Of a DNA stretch of 64,000 nucleotides, positions 29,768 to 41,191 are shown in pieces (positions within the stretch are counted from its first letter, which is position 1; the number at the start of each line of letters is the position of its first letter). The stretch lies in assembly GCA_016699385.1 (NCBI GenBank), contig CP064974.1, positions 339,042 to 403,041 on the forward strand, given 5' to 3'. The DNA is from Candidatus Moraniibacteriota bacterium. GTDB lineage: Bacteria; Patescibacteriota; Minisyncoccia; Moranbacterales; UBA1568. Both the position numbers and the translations under genes were made by a program. A model generated the notes under the pieces. The model had not been told where the DNA came from, searched no databases, and was given only the letters and a program-made list of their open reading frames with translations.

Positions 29768-31188
29768 TGAAATTCCTCGCCAATTTTTTTCAGGCATTCC
29801 CGCGGTATTTCTTTTTGCTCTTCGTGGTGTTTTTCGCAGTGGGATTTTTCGTTTTCTATGAATCATTCCGCATGTATCGTGCGGAATCGGAATTAATCGT
29901 GATTTCTCATGGACCTACGGTCTCTGCCGATGAGGTTGCTGTGACACTCTCGCACATTCCTTCGACGCTCTCTTTCTATGATCGACTCCGAGAGGATCAC
30001 AGCAATGTGAGTGATCCGTGGACAGGAGACTCTCCTGCTGATCGGAAGCTCGCGTGGAATCGTGTCATTGATGCGGCGTCAGTTTCTGGGAGCAGCGTGA
30101 TTCATCTGTCGGTTGTCGGCAGTGATCCATCACAGGCGAGTGCGTTGCTGAGCGCTTCTATCGAGACGCTCTATGGTTTCTCGGGGCGGTTGTATAATCG
30201 GAATACAGAGGCAGAGATGCGGCTTCTCGAAGACGTTATCGTTCGTTCGGTGGTGACAAATGCCTGGGCACTTTTCTTGCTTAGCGCTGTATGTTCGGCG
30301 CTTGCAGCGCTTCTCATTTCGTTGCTCTTGCAGAATTCGGAGAACTTTTTGAAACGAGCAACGCTTCCCGATATTTCTCTCTTTCGCGCAAAGTATCTTC
30401 CTGCACATTTGGGAGGGCAAGGGAAAGAGGGGATTCGTCCGGTAGGATCATTTCCGGATATTACGCAAGAAGAGAGTCATTTGCCATCTGAAGTGTCCAT
30501 AATTTCAGGCGAATCGGCATCTTCGACACTCTCGGCACCTCCAACTGAAGAAATATCTCCATCGCCTCATGTGAATGATATTGATGAGTTAGCATTATCG
30601 GTTGCAGAGCCTATAGAAAACAATGTAGACAAAGAATCTTCACCAAGTAGAGCCTCTTCAGAGTCTGTTTCAGGAGAAGAGAAAAGAGAAAGCTATGAGT
30701 CGAGAATGAGTGATGAACCGGAAGATATATGGGAGAAACCTCGTTTTGCTCCCGTAGGGAGAATGAGAATCGGCATGAAGCAGACAGGAGAGGGAGGTTT
30801 TTCTCAGAAGAATGCTTCCGAAGTTGCCCCTGCTGATGTTCGAAATGACACGGTGTCTGAAAAAATGCCGGAGAAGATTTCTGCAGAAGAGAAAAGGCAG
30901 GAAACAGTATCGGAGCAAGTCAGAACAACCTCTCATCGAAATGAAACGAGAGCGGGTGTTCCGGGGAATCTCACGACGGTTTCGGCACAGGATTTTACCT
31001 GGGATAAGTTTCTCTTTCAGGATGAGGAGAATAGTTCGAAAAAAGAGGAGAAGAAAGAAAGAGTGGATGAAGGAGAGTCAGAATCGAAGACAGAAGTTGT
31101 TTCAGCTTTGGAAAGCGCAGTGAAACACGAGCCGACGCCCGAAGAACTCAAGGCGCGACTCAATCAACTCTTACGAGGCGAGCTCTAA
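29764..31188 (+). CDS. Wzz-like PCP membrane protein fused to a ~290-aa Ser/Glu-rich disordered tail
   Basis: TM1, a ~150-aa extracytoplasmic domain, then TM2 (ALFLLSAVCSALAALLISLLL). After TM2 comes a long low-complexity acidic/Ser-rich tail ending in a short helix. Overlaps the upstream GT4 (ATGA). Confidence 0.5.
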   Translation: MMKFLANFFQAFPRYFFLLFVVFFAVGFFVFYESFRMYRAESELIVISHGPTVSADEVAVTLSHIPSTLSFYDRLREDHSNVSDPWTGDSPADRKLAWNRVIDAASVSGSSVIHLSVVGSDPSQASALLSASIETLYGFSGRLYNRNTEAEMRLLEDVIVRSVVTNAWALFLLSAVCSALAALLISLLLQNSENFLKRATLPDISLFRAKYLPAHLGGQGKEGIRPVGSFPDITQEESHLPSEVSIISGESASSTLSAPPTEEISPSPHVNDIDELALSVAEPIENNVDKESSPSRASSESVSGEEKRESYESRMSDEPEDIWEKPRFAPVGRMRIGMKQTGEGGFSQKNASEVAPADVRNDTVSEKMPEKISAEEKRQETVSEQVRTTSHRNETRAGVPGNLTTVSAQDFTWDKFLFQDEENSSKKEEKKERVDEGESESKTEVVSALESAVKHEPTPEELKARLNQLLRGEL

Positions 31189-31209
31189 GAATCTGTTTAT
31201 AATCGTCAT

Positions 31210-32595
31210 ATGAAACGCTACTCGTGGAAATTTTGGATACTGTTTTGGTCAATATCACTCCTCTTATTGTCGAGTTGGTTTTGTTTTCTCGAAATTCGAA
31301 ACGGTCACTGGAAACTTTTTGATGTACCGACGCGCATATTGCCCGTTTCAACAGAAACACGTAAGGATATGCGCGCGCTTTTGTCGATTGCCGACTTCGT
31401 ACTCAAGAAAGATGATGTGACGCGAACCTATCTCGTCCTCTTTCAAAACAATTATGAGCTTCGTCCGGGCGGGGGATTTATCGGATCATTTGGTATTGTA
31501 AAAATACGAAATGGCGAACTGCTCGATTTCGCCGTGCATGACACGGGGAACTTTGACGGGCGTATACCCTCGACGGTTTCGCCACCCTATCCGATGAAGG
31601 AATTGCTTCGTATCGATTCATGGAAACTGCGCGATTCGAATTATTCTCCGGACTTCCCGACCAATGCTCGGCAGGCGGAAACCTTTTACCAGATGGGCGA
31701 AGGCAGTGAATCATTCGACGGCATTGTCGGTATTACGACAGATGTCTTGGTGTCGTTTCTTGGTGTCACTGGTCCGGTCGAAGTACCGGGATATCCGGGC
31801 ACGTATGGTGGAGAGAGCGCCGTGTGGGATCTCGAATATCAGGTGGAGAAGGGCTTCATTGATCAGGGTATCGAGCGGGGGGATCGGAAGTCGATGATGA
31901 ATCTCTTGGGACTCCAGGTACTTGATCGTCTGAAATCTCTGAGCCTTACGGATCGGTACCGCTTGTTTGAGGTGGCACTTGCCGATCTTCATGCCAAGGA
32001 TATCCAGCTCTTCTTCGATGATGAGGGCGTGACGCAGAAAATTCAGGATGCCGGTTGGGACGGATCGATTAATCAGACATGGAAGAATGATTCTTTCCTT
32101 GCTGTCGATGCAAATTTGGGCGCGTGGAAGAGTGACTACTTCGTGAAACGTTCATACGAGTATACGGTAGATTTTTCTGGCGAAAAGCCTCAGGCGCGTT
32201 TTGCTCTTACTTATAATCATACGGCGACTGAGAAAGATTGGCGCGTCAACAATTACCAGTCATTCCTTCGTCTCTATGTGCCGAAGGGGAGCTGGCTTGT
32301 TTCGTCGGAGGGATTCTTGGGCGACACGACATTTGGTGATGAACTTGGCAGGAAAACTTTTGGCGGTATCGTACAAGTCCCCCTTGGAACAGAGAAAACA
32401 GTTGCGTTTACCTATACGCTTCCCGATACGGTATCGTCGGCGTTCTATGAACTTGATATTGAGAAGCAGCCGGGATTGCATCGCGTCCCTGTTTCAGTGA
32501 CGGTTATCAAGAAGGATGGATCGAAAATTCAGAAGCAATTTGTCTTGGATCGAAATGTACGGATACTTGCAACCGGCGAGCTGATTGAGCCATAG
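31210..32595 (+). CDS. DUF4012-like membrane-anchored protein
   Basis: N-terminal TM helix followed by the motif FQNNYELRPGGGFIGSFG, which I recognise as characteristic of DUF4012 proteins found in cell-wall glycopolymer loci. The family assignment is from memory and unverified. Confidence 0.45.
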   Translation: MKRYSWKFWILFWSISLLLLSSWFCFLEIRNGHWKLFDVPTRILPVSTETRKDMRALLSIADFVLKKDDVTRTYLVLFQNNYELRPGGGFIGSFGIVKIRNGELLDFAVHDTGNFDGRIPSTVSPPYPMKELLRIDSWKLRDSNYSPDFPTNARQAETFYQMGEGSESFDGIVGITTDVLVSFLGVTGPVEVPGYPGTYGGESAVWDLEYQVEKGFIDQGIERGDRKSMMNLLGLQVLDRLKSLSLTDRYRLFEVALADLHAKDIQLFFDDEGVTQKIQDAGWDGSINQTWKNDSFLAVDANLGAWKSDYFVKRSYEYTVDFSGEKPQARFALTYNHTATEKDWRVNNYQSFLRLYVPKGSWLVSSEGFLGDTTFGDELGRKTFGGIVQVPLGTEKTVAFTYTLPDTVSSAFYELDIEKQPGLHRVPVSVTVIKKDGSKIQKQFVLDRNVRILATGELIEP

Positions 32596-32717
32596 CGTGT
32601 TGGATTTGTGTGTGATTTGCTTTGACTTTGCCTCTGATTCGCCCTAGAATACAGGGGCTTTTCTTCTTTCAGGGATTGCCGTGTTCAGACTCGTAAACCG
32701 CGCTTTCAACAAATTCT

Positions 32718-35345
<2,628 letters not shown>

Positions 35346-35354
35346 TCGTAACGT

Positions 35355-35888
35355 ATGATCCACTTTATTACCGGGAACAAAAATAAGTTCGAAGAAGTGA
35401 AAATGATTTTTCCTGATGTGGAACAATTGGATATTGATCTTCCGGAAATTCAAGAAATTGATACGAGAGAAATAATACGGAATAAGCTATCGGAAGCGTT
35501 TCGCTATGCAACTGGAGAGTTCATTGTTGAGGATACCTCTCTTTCTCTCGAGTGCTTAGGCGGGCTGCCCGGACCTCTGATAAAGTGGTTTTCAAGGACT
35601 CTCGGAAATAATGGTTTGGCTGAAATTGTCGGAAAGTTGGGGAATGATAGGGCGGAAGCAAAGACGGTTATCGGATATGCGAGGAGTCGTGAGGAAATCT
35701 ATTTTTTTGAAGGAATACTACAGGGAAGAATAGTGAAACCGAGAGGAGAGACAGCTTTTGGCTGGGATTCGATATTTTTGGCAGATGGTCATAAGAAGAC
35801 TTTTGCAGAAATGAGTCGCGAAGAGAAAAATGCTATCAGCATGAGAAGAAAGACACTTGATAAATTGAGTGAGTTTTTGAGGACATAG
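35355..35888 (+). CDS. rdgB: Non-canonical purine NTP pyrophosphatase (Ham1/RdgB family)
   Basis: 177 aa with an N-terminal TGNKNKxxE motif and the Ham1-family fold signature. Confidence 0.8.
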   Translation: MIHFITGNKNKFEEVKMIFPDVEQLDIDLPEIQEIDTREIIRNKLSEAFRYATGEFIVEDTSLSLECLGGLPGPLIKWFSRTLGNNGLAEIVGKLGNDRAEAKTVIGYARSREEIYFFEGILQGRIVKPRGETAFGWDSIFLADGHKKTFAEMSREEKNAISMRRKTLDKLSEFLRT

Positions 35889-36079
35889 AACTTGTTGTAT
35901 GAGCAAATCCTTCAAGGTTGCGCAATTGGGAGGCAAGGTGATATGAGCAAAAGCCAAAAGAGTTGCTGACGTTCATGGTTTGGGAGTGACGTGGATTATT
36001 CGCGATGTTGTTCTTGGTAACTGAAGCGTCATGGGAGGGAGGTACAATAAGAGAAGGCAAGAGAAGCTGTGTTTTTTCT

Positions 36080-36625
36080 ATGAATTATCGCCGAAAACAA
36101 TTGAGTGCAGAGGATATTGAGCCAGTACTGCTTCGAATACAGCCGTCTCCGAAATACGGTGGCATTGGAGTTTTTGCTCTCCGCGATATTAAAGGGGGTA
36201 CGATATTATGTGATGTTGAGAAAATTAGCGAGGAAGTTTTCGTCCCCTGGGAAGAATTTGCAAAGATAGATGCGGCTACGCGATCGTTTATGATTGATTT
36301 TTGTGCCGAGGACAAGGATGGTTTCTATAGCCCGATTGATCTGAACTATCTCACCATTCCGGGACACATGAATCATCACTGTGAGGCGAATGTAGGATGT
36401 GATGCGGACGATAACTTCGTCGCAATACGAGATATCAAGAGGGGAGAAGAAGTGTGTCTTGATTACGCCTTCGTTATATCCAACCCTGCCTATACTATGA
36501 AATGCGCATGTGATTCCAAGAAATGTCGAGGGATAGTCACAGGAAATGACTGGAAAAACCCCGCCTTCCGGAAAAAGAATTCCAATTTTCTCTCATCAAA
36601 TGTGAGGAAATTTGCAAACAAATAA
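36080..36625 (+). CDS. SET-domain protein (putative protein-lysine methyltransferase) with post-SET Cys cluster
   Basis: Contains NHHCEAN (NHSCxPN-type), EEVCLDY (ELxxDY-type) and the post-SET cluster CACDSKKC. The ORF opens at 36005, but the likely start is the ATG at 36080. Confidence 0.7.
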   Translation: MNYRRKQLSAEDIEPVLLRIQPSPKYGGIGVFALRDIKGGTILCDVEKISEEVFVPWEEFAKIDAATRSFMIDFCAEDKDGFYSPIDLNYLTIPGHMNHHCEANVGCDADDNFVAIRDIKRGEEVCLDYAFVISNPAYTMKCACDSKKCRGIVTGNDWKNPAFRKKNSNFLSSNVRKFANK

Positions 36626-36667
36626 GAGAAAGTTTATTTTTTCCCCACCATTTTTCTTCAAGAGTCT

Positions 36668-36901
36668 ATGAATGATACATTGCTTAAACTTGGGAAATAT
36701 CGTCATTACAAAAACAACAAAGAGTATGAAGTGATTGGTGTAGCGAAACATAGTGAGACACTTGAGAATATGGTTGTATATCGGGCATTGTACGGAAGTG
36801 AGATTTCATCGCTCTGGGTGAGACCGCTCGCTATGTTTTTGGAAGAAGTGGAAGTGAATGGAAAAATGGTTCCAAGATTTGAGTTGTGTGAATTGGCATG
36901 A
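36668..36901 (+). CDS. Small conserved protein (DUF1653-like)
   Basis: 77 aa with the pattern GxYRHYKxxxYxVxGxAxH[TS]ET...VVYxxLYG...WVRP..MF, which I recall as the DUF1653 family. Confidence 0.45.
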   Translation: MNDTLLKLGKYRHYKNNKEYEVIGVAKHSETLENMVVYRALYGSEISSLWVRPLAMFLEEVEVNGKMVPRFELCELA

Positions 36902-37314
36902 CTATGAAGTGTAAAAAATTCTATGCTGGCGGATTTTTCTATAATCCAGTGACAAAAGAAGTATTACTCCACAAGAGAGATTCAAAAACATTGGTAAACC
37001 CGAATAAGTGGGCGTTCTTTGGCGGATTAAATGAAACTGGAGAAGCACCTTTGCAAACATTTTTGCGAGAGATAAAAGAAGAACTGGATGTGAATCTTTT
37101 TCAGGATGCCGTTAGCTGTCTCTGTGATTATTTCAATGAGGAATTACAAACTCATCGATACATATTTTTTGTAGAGAGCTCTTTGAAGAAATCAGCGATG
37201 AATCTTGGCGAAGGAGAAAGTTTCGATTGGATTTCGATTGAGAAAGTTTTTGAATATGACCTTACTAAGAAAACGAGAATGGACTTGAAATTATTTCTTG
37301 AAAAACTTGTTTGA
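36898..37314 (+). CDS. NUDIX hydrolase
   Basis: NUDIX box GGLNETGEAPLQTFLREIKEELDV (Gx5Ex7REUxEExGU). Confidence 0.7.
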   Translation: MTMKCKKFYAGGFFYNPVTKEVLLHKRDSKTLVNPNKWAFFGGLNETGEAPLQTFLREIKEELDVNLFQDAVSCLCDYFNEELQTHRYIFFVESSLKKSAMNLGEGESFDWISIEKVFEYDLTKKTRMDLKLFLEKLV

Positions 37315-37330
37315 AGAAGTAAGAAAATAT

Positions 37331-37642
37331 TATGAAAATCATTCATAAAAATCAGGTAAAGACTTTCAGAAATAATGAGAGCTGCACGGCAACTGAATAT
37401 CTGATGGGAGAGAGTGTGATATAAATAGCGCGTTCCTCGTACTGACGGGGAGATACCCGAGTGCGGGAAAGGTAGTGAACTCGAAATGTAAAGAGTTGGC
37501 GTATGTGATGAAGGGTTTCGGCAGGATTGCTGTTGAGGGAAGTGAAATCAATTGCGAAGAAGGCGGCATGATTTTTATTGAGCCTCATGAAAAATATTTT
37601 TGGGAGGGTACACTAACACTCCTTTTTTCTCATCAAATGTGA
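37331..37642 (+). pseudogene. Cupin-domain gene disrupted by a single-nucleotide frameshift
   Basis: Frame A encodes MKIIHKNQVKTFRNNESCTATEYLMGESVI*, a cupin N-terminus. The -1 frame continues with ...AFLVLTGRYPSAGKVVNSKCKELAYVMKGFGRIAVEGSEINCEEGGMIFIEPHEKYFWEG, the cupin_2 core. The junction is near 37415-37422. Confidence 0.45.
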
Positions 37643-37693
37643 GGAAATTTGCAAACAAAAAATAAGATGAGGCTAAGATGAGATTTGCACCAT

Positions 37694-38212
37694 ATGAGCT
37701 CTATTATCAACATCGAAATAAAAGCGAAGTGCGCGAACCAAGAAACAATTCGGAGAATTTTGAAAGACAGCGGCGCTGACTTTAAGGGAACTGATCATCA
37801 GATTGATACGTATTTCAAAGTGCCGAATGGGCGATTGAAGTTGCGTGAGGGGAATATAGAGAATCATCTCATTTTCTATAATCGCATAGAGACGAAAGGA
37901 CTCAAGGAATCATCGATACTGCTCTATGACTCAACGCCAGGGTCGACGTTGAAGGAAATCCTTTCGAAATCGCTCGGTATTCTTGCTGTCGTAGATAAGC
38001 GGCGGGAGATATACTTTATCGAGAATGTAAAGTTTCATCTCGACCGTGTAGAAGGACTGGGTACGTTTGCCGAGGTAGAAGCAATTGATATTGATGGATC
38101 AATCAGTAAGGAGCAACTTTCGGAACAATGCGATCGATACATGAAGCTCTTCGGTATACAAAAAGACGACCTTATTGCCGCATCGTATAGTGATTTAATT
38201 TTGCAGTCGTGA
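37694..38212 (+). CDS. CYTH-domain protein (class IV adenylate cyclase CyaB / triphosphate tunnel family)
   Basis: N-terminal EIKxK strand (INIEIKAKC), and a C-terminal ...REIYFIENVKFHLDRVEGLGTFAEVEAI... region matching the CyaB-like pattern. Confidence 0.65.
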   Translation: MSSIINIEIKAKCANQETIRRILKDSGADFKGTDHQIDTYFKVPNGRLKLREGNIENHLIFYNRIETKGLKESSILLYDSTPGSTLKEILSKSLGILAVVDKRREIYFIENVKFHLDRVEGLGTFAEVEAIDIDGSISKEQLSEQCDRYMKLFGIQKDDLIAASYSDLILQS

Positions 38213-38284
38213 GCCACCTTGCGGGATCGAACCGCAGACCTGCACGTTACGAGTGTGCCGCTCTACCAACTGAGCTAAGGTGGC
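38212..38284 (-). tRNA. tRNA-Thr (anticodon CGT)
   Basis: Reverse complement folds with acceptor GCCACCT/AGGTGGC, D-arm GCTC-AGTTGGTA-GAGC, anticodon loop CUCGUAA, and T-arm TGCGG-TTCGATC-CCGCA. Coordinates ±2 nt. Confidence 0.8.
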
Positions 38285-38386
38285 GCCTCCTTTTTTGATT
38301 ACAAGGCTCAGTGTAAGTGAAGCGTGGAGAAAAATCAAGGTTTAGGCGATATTTTCAGAAAAGAAGTTCTGTGGTATCTTAGTGGT

Positions 38387-39476
38387 ATGAATGATATTCG
38401 GAATGAGATGGAAACGATGACTCAGAAACTCCTGCATCTGCGGGACTCTCTTTGATGTGGCGGGGAAGTCACAAAGAATTGTTGAGCTGGAGAGAGTGTC
38501 GCAGGCGGAGAATTTCTGGGGGGATGCGCAGGAAGCGGGGCGCGTGATGAAAGAACTTGAGAGGCTTCGCGAGGAGCGCGCGCTTTTCGATCGACTCTCG
38601 AAAGAGCTCGACGATATCCGAGAGCTTTCTGCGATGGAACTCGAGGGGCAGGAAGCAGAGGATGTCGCGTCGCAGTATACGCGGGTTTCCGAGGAAATTG
38701 AGGCGCTCGAGTTCAAGACGCGTCTTGGTGGTCCATATGACAGTCACGATGCTATACTTGCTATCAAGAGTGGCGCGGGCGGTGTGGATGCACAAGACTG
38801 GGCGGAAATGCTCCTTCGCATGTATCTGCGATGGGCAGAACGTCGAGGATTTGTCGCGAGTGTTTTCGAAGAGTCGAGAGGAAACGAGGCGGGTATCAAG
38901 AGTGTGTCGGTCAAGATAGAAGGAGAATACGCATTTGGGTATCTTCGCAGTGAAATGGGTACCCATCGATTGGTCAGACTCTCTCCGTTTAATGCAGACA
39001 ATTTGCGGCAGACGTCGTTTGCCTCGGTGGAAGTTCTGCCGGTTCTCTCGGCGAAAGAGGGAACAGAGATAAAGCCGGAGGATCTCGAGGTGGATACCTA
39101 TCGATCGTCCGGTGCGGGCGGGCAAAATGTCAACAAGACCGAAACCGCTGTCCGTATCCGACATGTTCCGACGGGTATCGTGGTGTCGTGTCAGACCGAG
39201 CGTTCGCAATTGCAAAATCGTGAGAATGCTCTCACTATGCTTCGCGCCAAACTCGAACAGCTGAGACTCCAGGAGGAAGAAGATGAAAAACGCGCGCTTC
39301 GCGGTGAACAGAAAAGTGCCGACTTTGGAAGTCAGATTCGCTCTTATGTCTTGCATCCTTACACGTTGGTCAAGGATCACCGGACGAAATATGAAACACC
39401 GCAAGTGCACGAAGTTCTCGATGGCAAACTTGATGAATTTATGGAAGCCTTTCTTAAGACACAGAGTAGGGAATAA
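38387..39476 (+). CDS. prfB: Peptide chain release factor 2 with programmed +1 ribosomal frameshift
   Basis: ORF 1 (ATG 38387) encodes [22 protein letters not shown] and ends at the in-frame UGA in CTT TGA T (38450-38456). A +1 shift continues into the long RF2 ORF ([13 protein letters not shown]...), which carries the SPF tripeptide (RLSPFN) and GGQ (SGAGGQ). Confidence 0.85.
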
Positions 39477-39558
39477 GAAATGAAGAAGAAAGTAATGATC
39501 TACGATAAAGAAATCTGACTCCTTATTTGTTCTTCTTGATCCCTGATTTTTTCTCTTT

Positions 39559-40239
39559 ATGATTCGTTTTGAAAATGTTACGAAGATCTATCCCGGCGAT
39601 GTTTCTGTTTTGCAGGACATTAATTTGCTTATTGAGCCGGGGGAATTTGTGTCGTTTGTGGGCGCGAGCGGAGCAGGGAAGTCGACGCTCCTCAAGCTTA
39701 TCTATGCCGAGGAAGAGCCGACGGCGGGAGAGATATTCTTTGGCGAGCGCTCCATTGGCACCATCAAGCGGCGGCTCTTGCCGTACTACCGGCGCAATTT
39801 TGGCACGGTGTTTCAAGACTTCAAGCTTCTCTCTCAGCGCACTGTTTTCGAGAACATCGCCTATGCACTCGAGGTTGATGGGAAAAGTGCGGCGGAAATT
39901 GCCGAGGAGGTGCCACAGATACTCGATATCGTGCGTCTCACGCAGAAAGCGGACAAGTATCCCAAGCAACTCTCCGGCGGTGAGCAGCAGCGCGTTTCTT
40001 TGGCACGGGCGCTCGTGCATCGCCCGTCTGTCCTCATTGCCGATGAGCCGACGGGGAATCTCGATCCCGCTTCCGCCCAAGATATTATCCGGCTCTTGCT
40101 TGAAATAAATAACATGGGAACAATCGTGCTTCTCGCGACGCATAACAAGCCGATTGTCGATGGTCTCCAGAAACGTGTCGTGACACTCGCAAATGGTGCG
40201 GTTTTGCGTGATGAGAAGCAGGGGAAATATATTGTCTGA
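39559..40239 (+). CDS. ftsE: Cell-division ABC transporter ATP-binding protein FtsE
   Basis: Walker A GASGAGKST, ABC signature LSGGEQQR, Walker B LIADEPTGNLD. Confidence 0.88.
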   Translation: MIRFENVTKIYPGDVSVLQDINLLIEPGEFVSFVGASGAGKSTLLKLIYAEEEPTAGEIFFGERSIGTIKRRLLPYYRRNFGTVFQDFKLLSQRTVFENIAYALEVDGKSAAEIAEEVPQILDIVRLTQKADKYPKQLSGGEQQRVSLARALVHRPSVLIADEPTGNLDPASAQDIIRLLLEINNMGTIVLLATHNKPIVDGLQKRVVTLANGAVLRDEKQGKYIV

Positions 40240-40255
40240 CATTTTGCATGTGCCT

Positions 40256-41191
40256 ATGAGTATGCCAAAAGGAATCAAACTTGTTCGAGCGATTCGCGAG
40301 GGAGTACGGAGCTTTGTCCGTAGTGGCTGGCTGTCTGTCTCGGCGATTCTCACTATCGCTCTTGCACTCTTCATCATCGGACTTGCCGGTGTCGAGGCAC
40401 TCGCAACGCGCTCTATACTTCAGAATTTGGAAGCGAAGATGGACATTACCGTCTCATTCAATGCGGACGTGAGCGAAGATCGCATTCTCGCTATCAAGTC
40501 TGAGTTGGAGAAATATCGCGAGGTGCAGTCTGTCGCCTATACGTCGAGTGAAGAAGCATTGAAGAAGTTTCGTGCGCAGAGTGAGGCGTCCGGAAACAAG
40601 GACGTGATAGACCAAGCACTCCAAGAAATCGGCGAAAATCCGCTCTTTGCATCACTTTCAATTAAGGCGCAGTCGCCCGAACAATACAAAACGATTAATG
40701 ATGCTATCGAGTCTGCTTCATTTCAAGGAGATATTTTCCGTGTCAATTATCGCGAGAACGAATCTATCATCAATCAGCTCACCGCTATCAATCGCGAAGT
40801 CGTGCGGCAGGGGACGGTGCTCGGTGTTATTTTCCTCCTCATCGCCTTTTTGGTGACGTTTAATACTATCCGCCTTACCATGTATGCGCGCCGCGATGAT
40901 TTCGAAGTGATGCGACTTGTCGGCGCGTCAAACCTCTATGTCCGCACGCCATCCGTCGTTGAGGGCATTCTCTATGGGAGTATTGCTGCGATGGTCTCAA
41001 TGCTTTTCCTCTATCTCTATATCGGATTCCAACGAATAAACCCGTTCTCAAAAAGTCTCATCGAAGGCGCCGGCCTCATGGGTTCTTTCGTCCACAATAT
41101 CCTCTGGATATTCTCGGGACTCCTCGTGCTTGGCATCACTATTGGCCTCATGAGCGGTTTCCTCGCGGTGCGTCGCTATATGAAGATATAG
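40256..41191 (+). CDS. ftsX: Cell-division permease FtsX
   Basis: TM1, a large periplasmic loop, then a C-terminal 3-TM FtsX permease domain. Start refined to the ATG at 40256, just after the ftsE stop. Confidence 0.8.
   Translation: MSMPKGIKLVRAIREGVRSFVRSGWLSVSAILTIALALFIIGLAGVEALATRSILQNLEAKMDITVSFNADVSEDRILAIKSELEKYREVQSVAYTSSEEALKKFRAQSEASGNKDVIDQALQEIGENPLFASLSIKAQSPEQYKTINDAIESASFQGDIFRVNYRENESIINQLTAINREVVRQGTVLGVIFLLIAFLVTFNTIRLTMYARRDDFEVMRLVGASNLYVRTPSVVEGILYGSIAAMVSMLFLYLYIGFQRINPFSKSLIEGAGLMGSFVHNILWIFSGLLVLGITIGLMSGFLAVRRYMKI

Noticed and set aside
38469-39410. 313-aa minus-strand ORF
   Set aside because: Antisense to prfB over its whole length, so it is a shadow ORF.
39523-40377. 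284-aa ORF on the minus strand
   Set aside because: Entirely antisense to the well-supported ftsE gene. No motifs. A typical shadow ORF of a GC-rich coding region.
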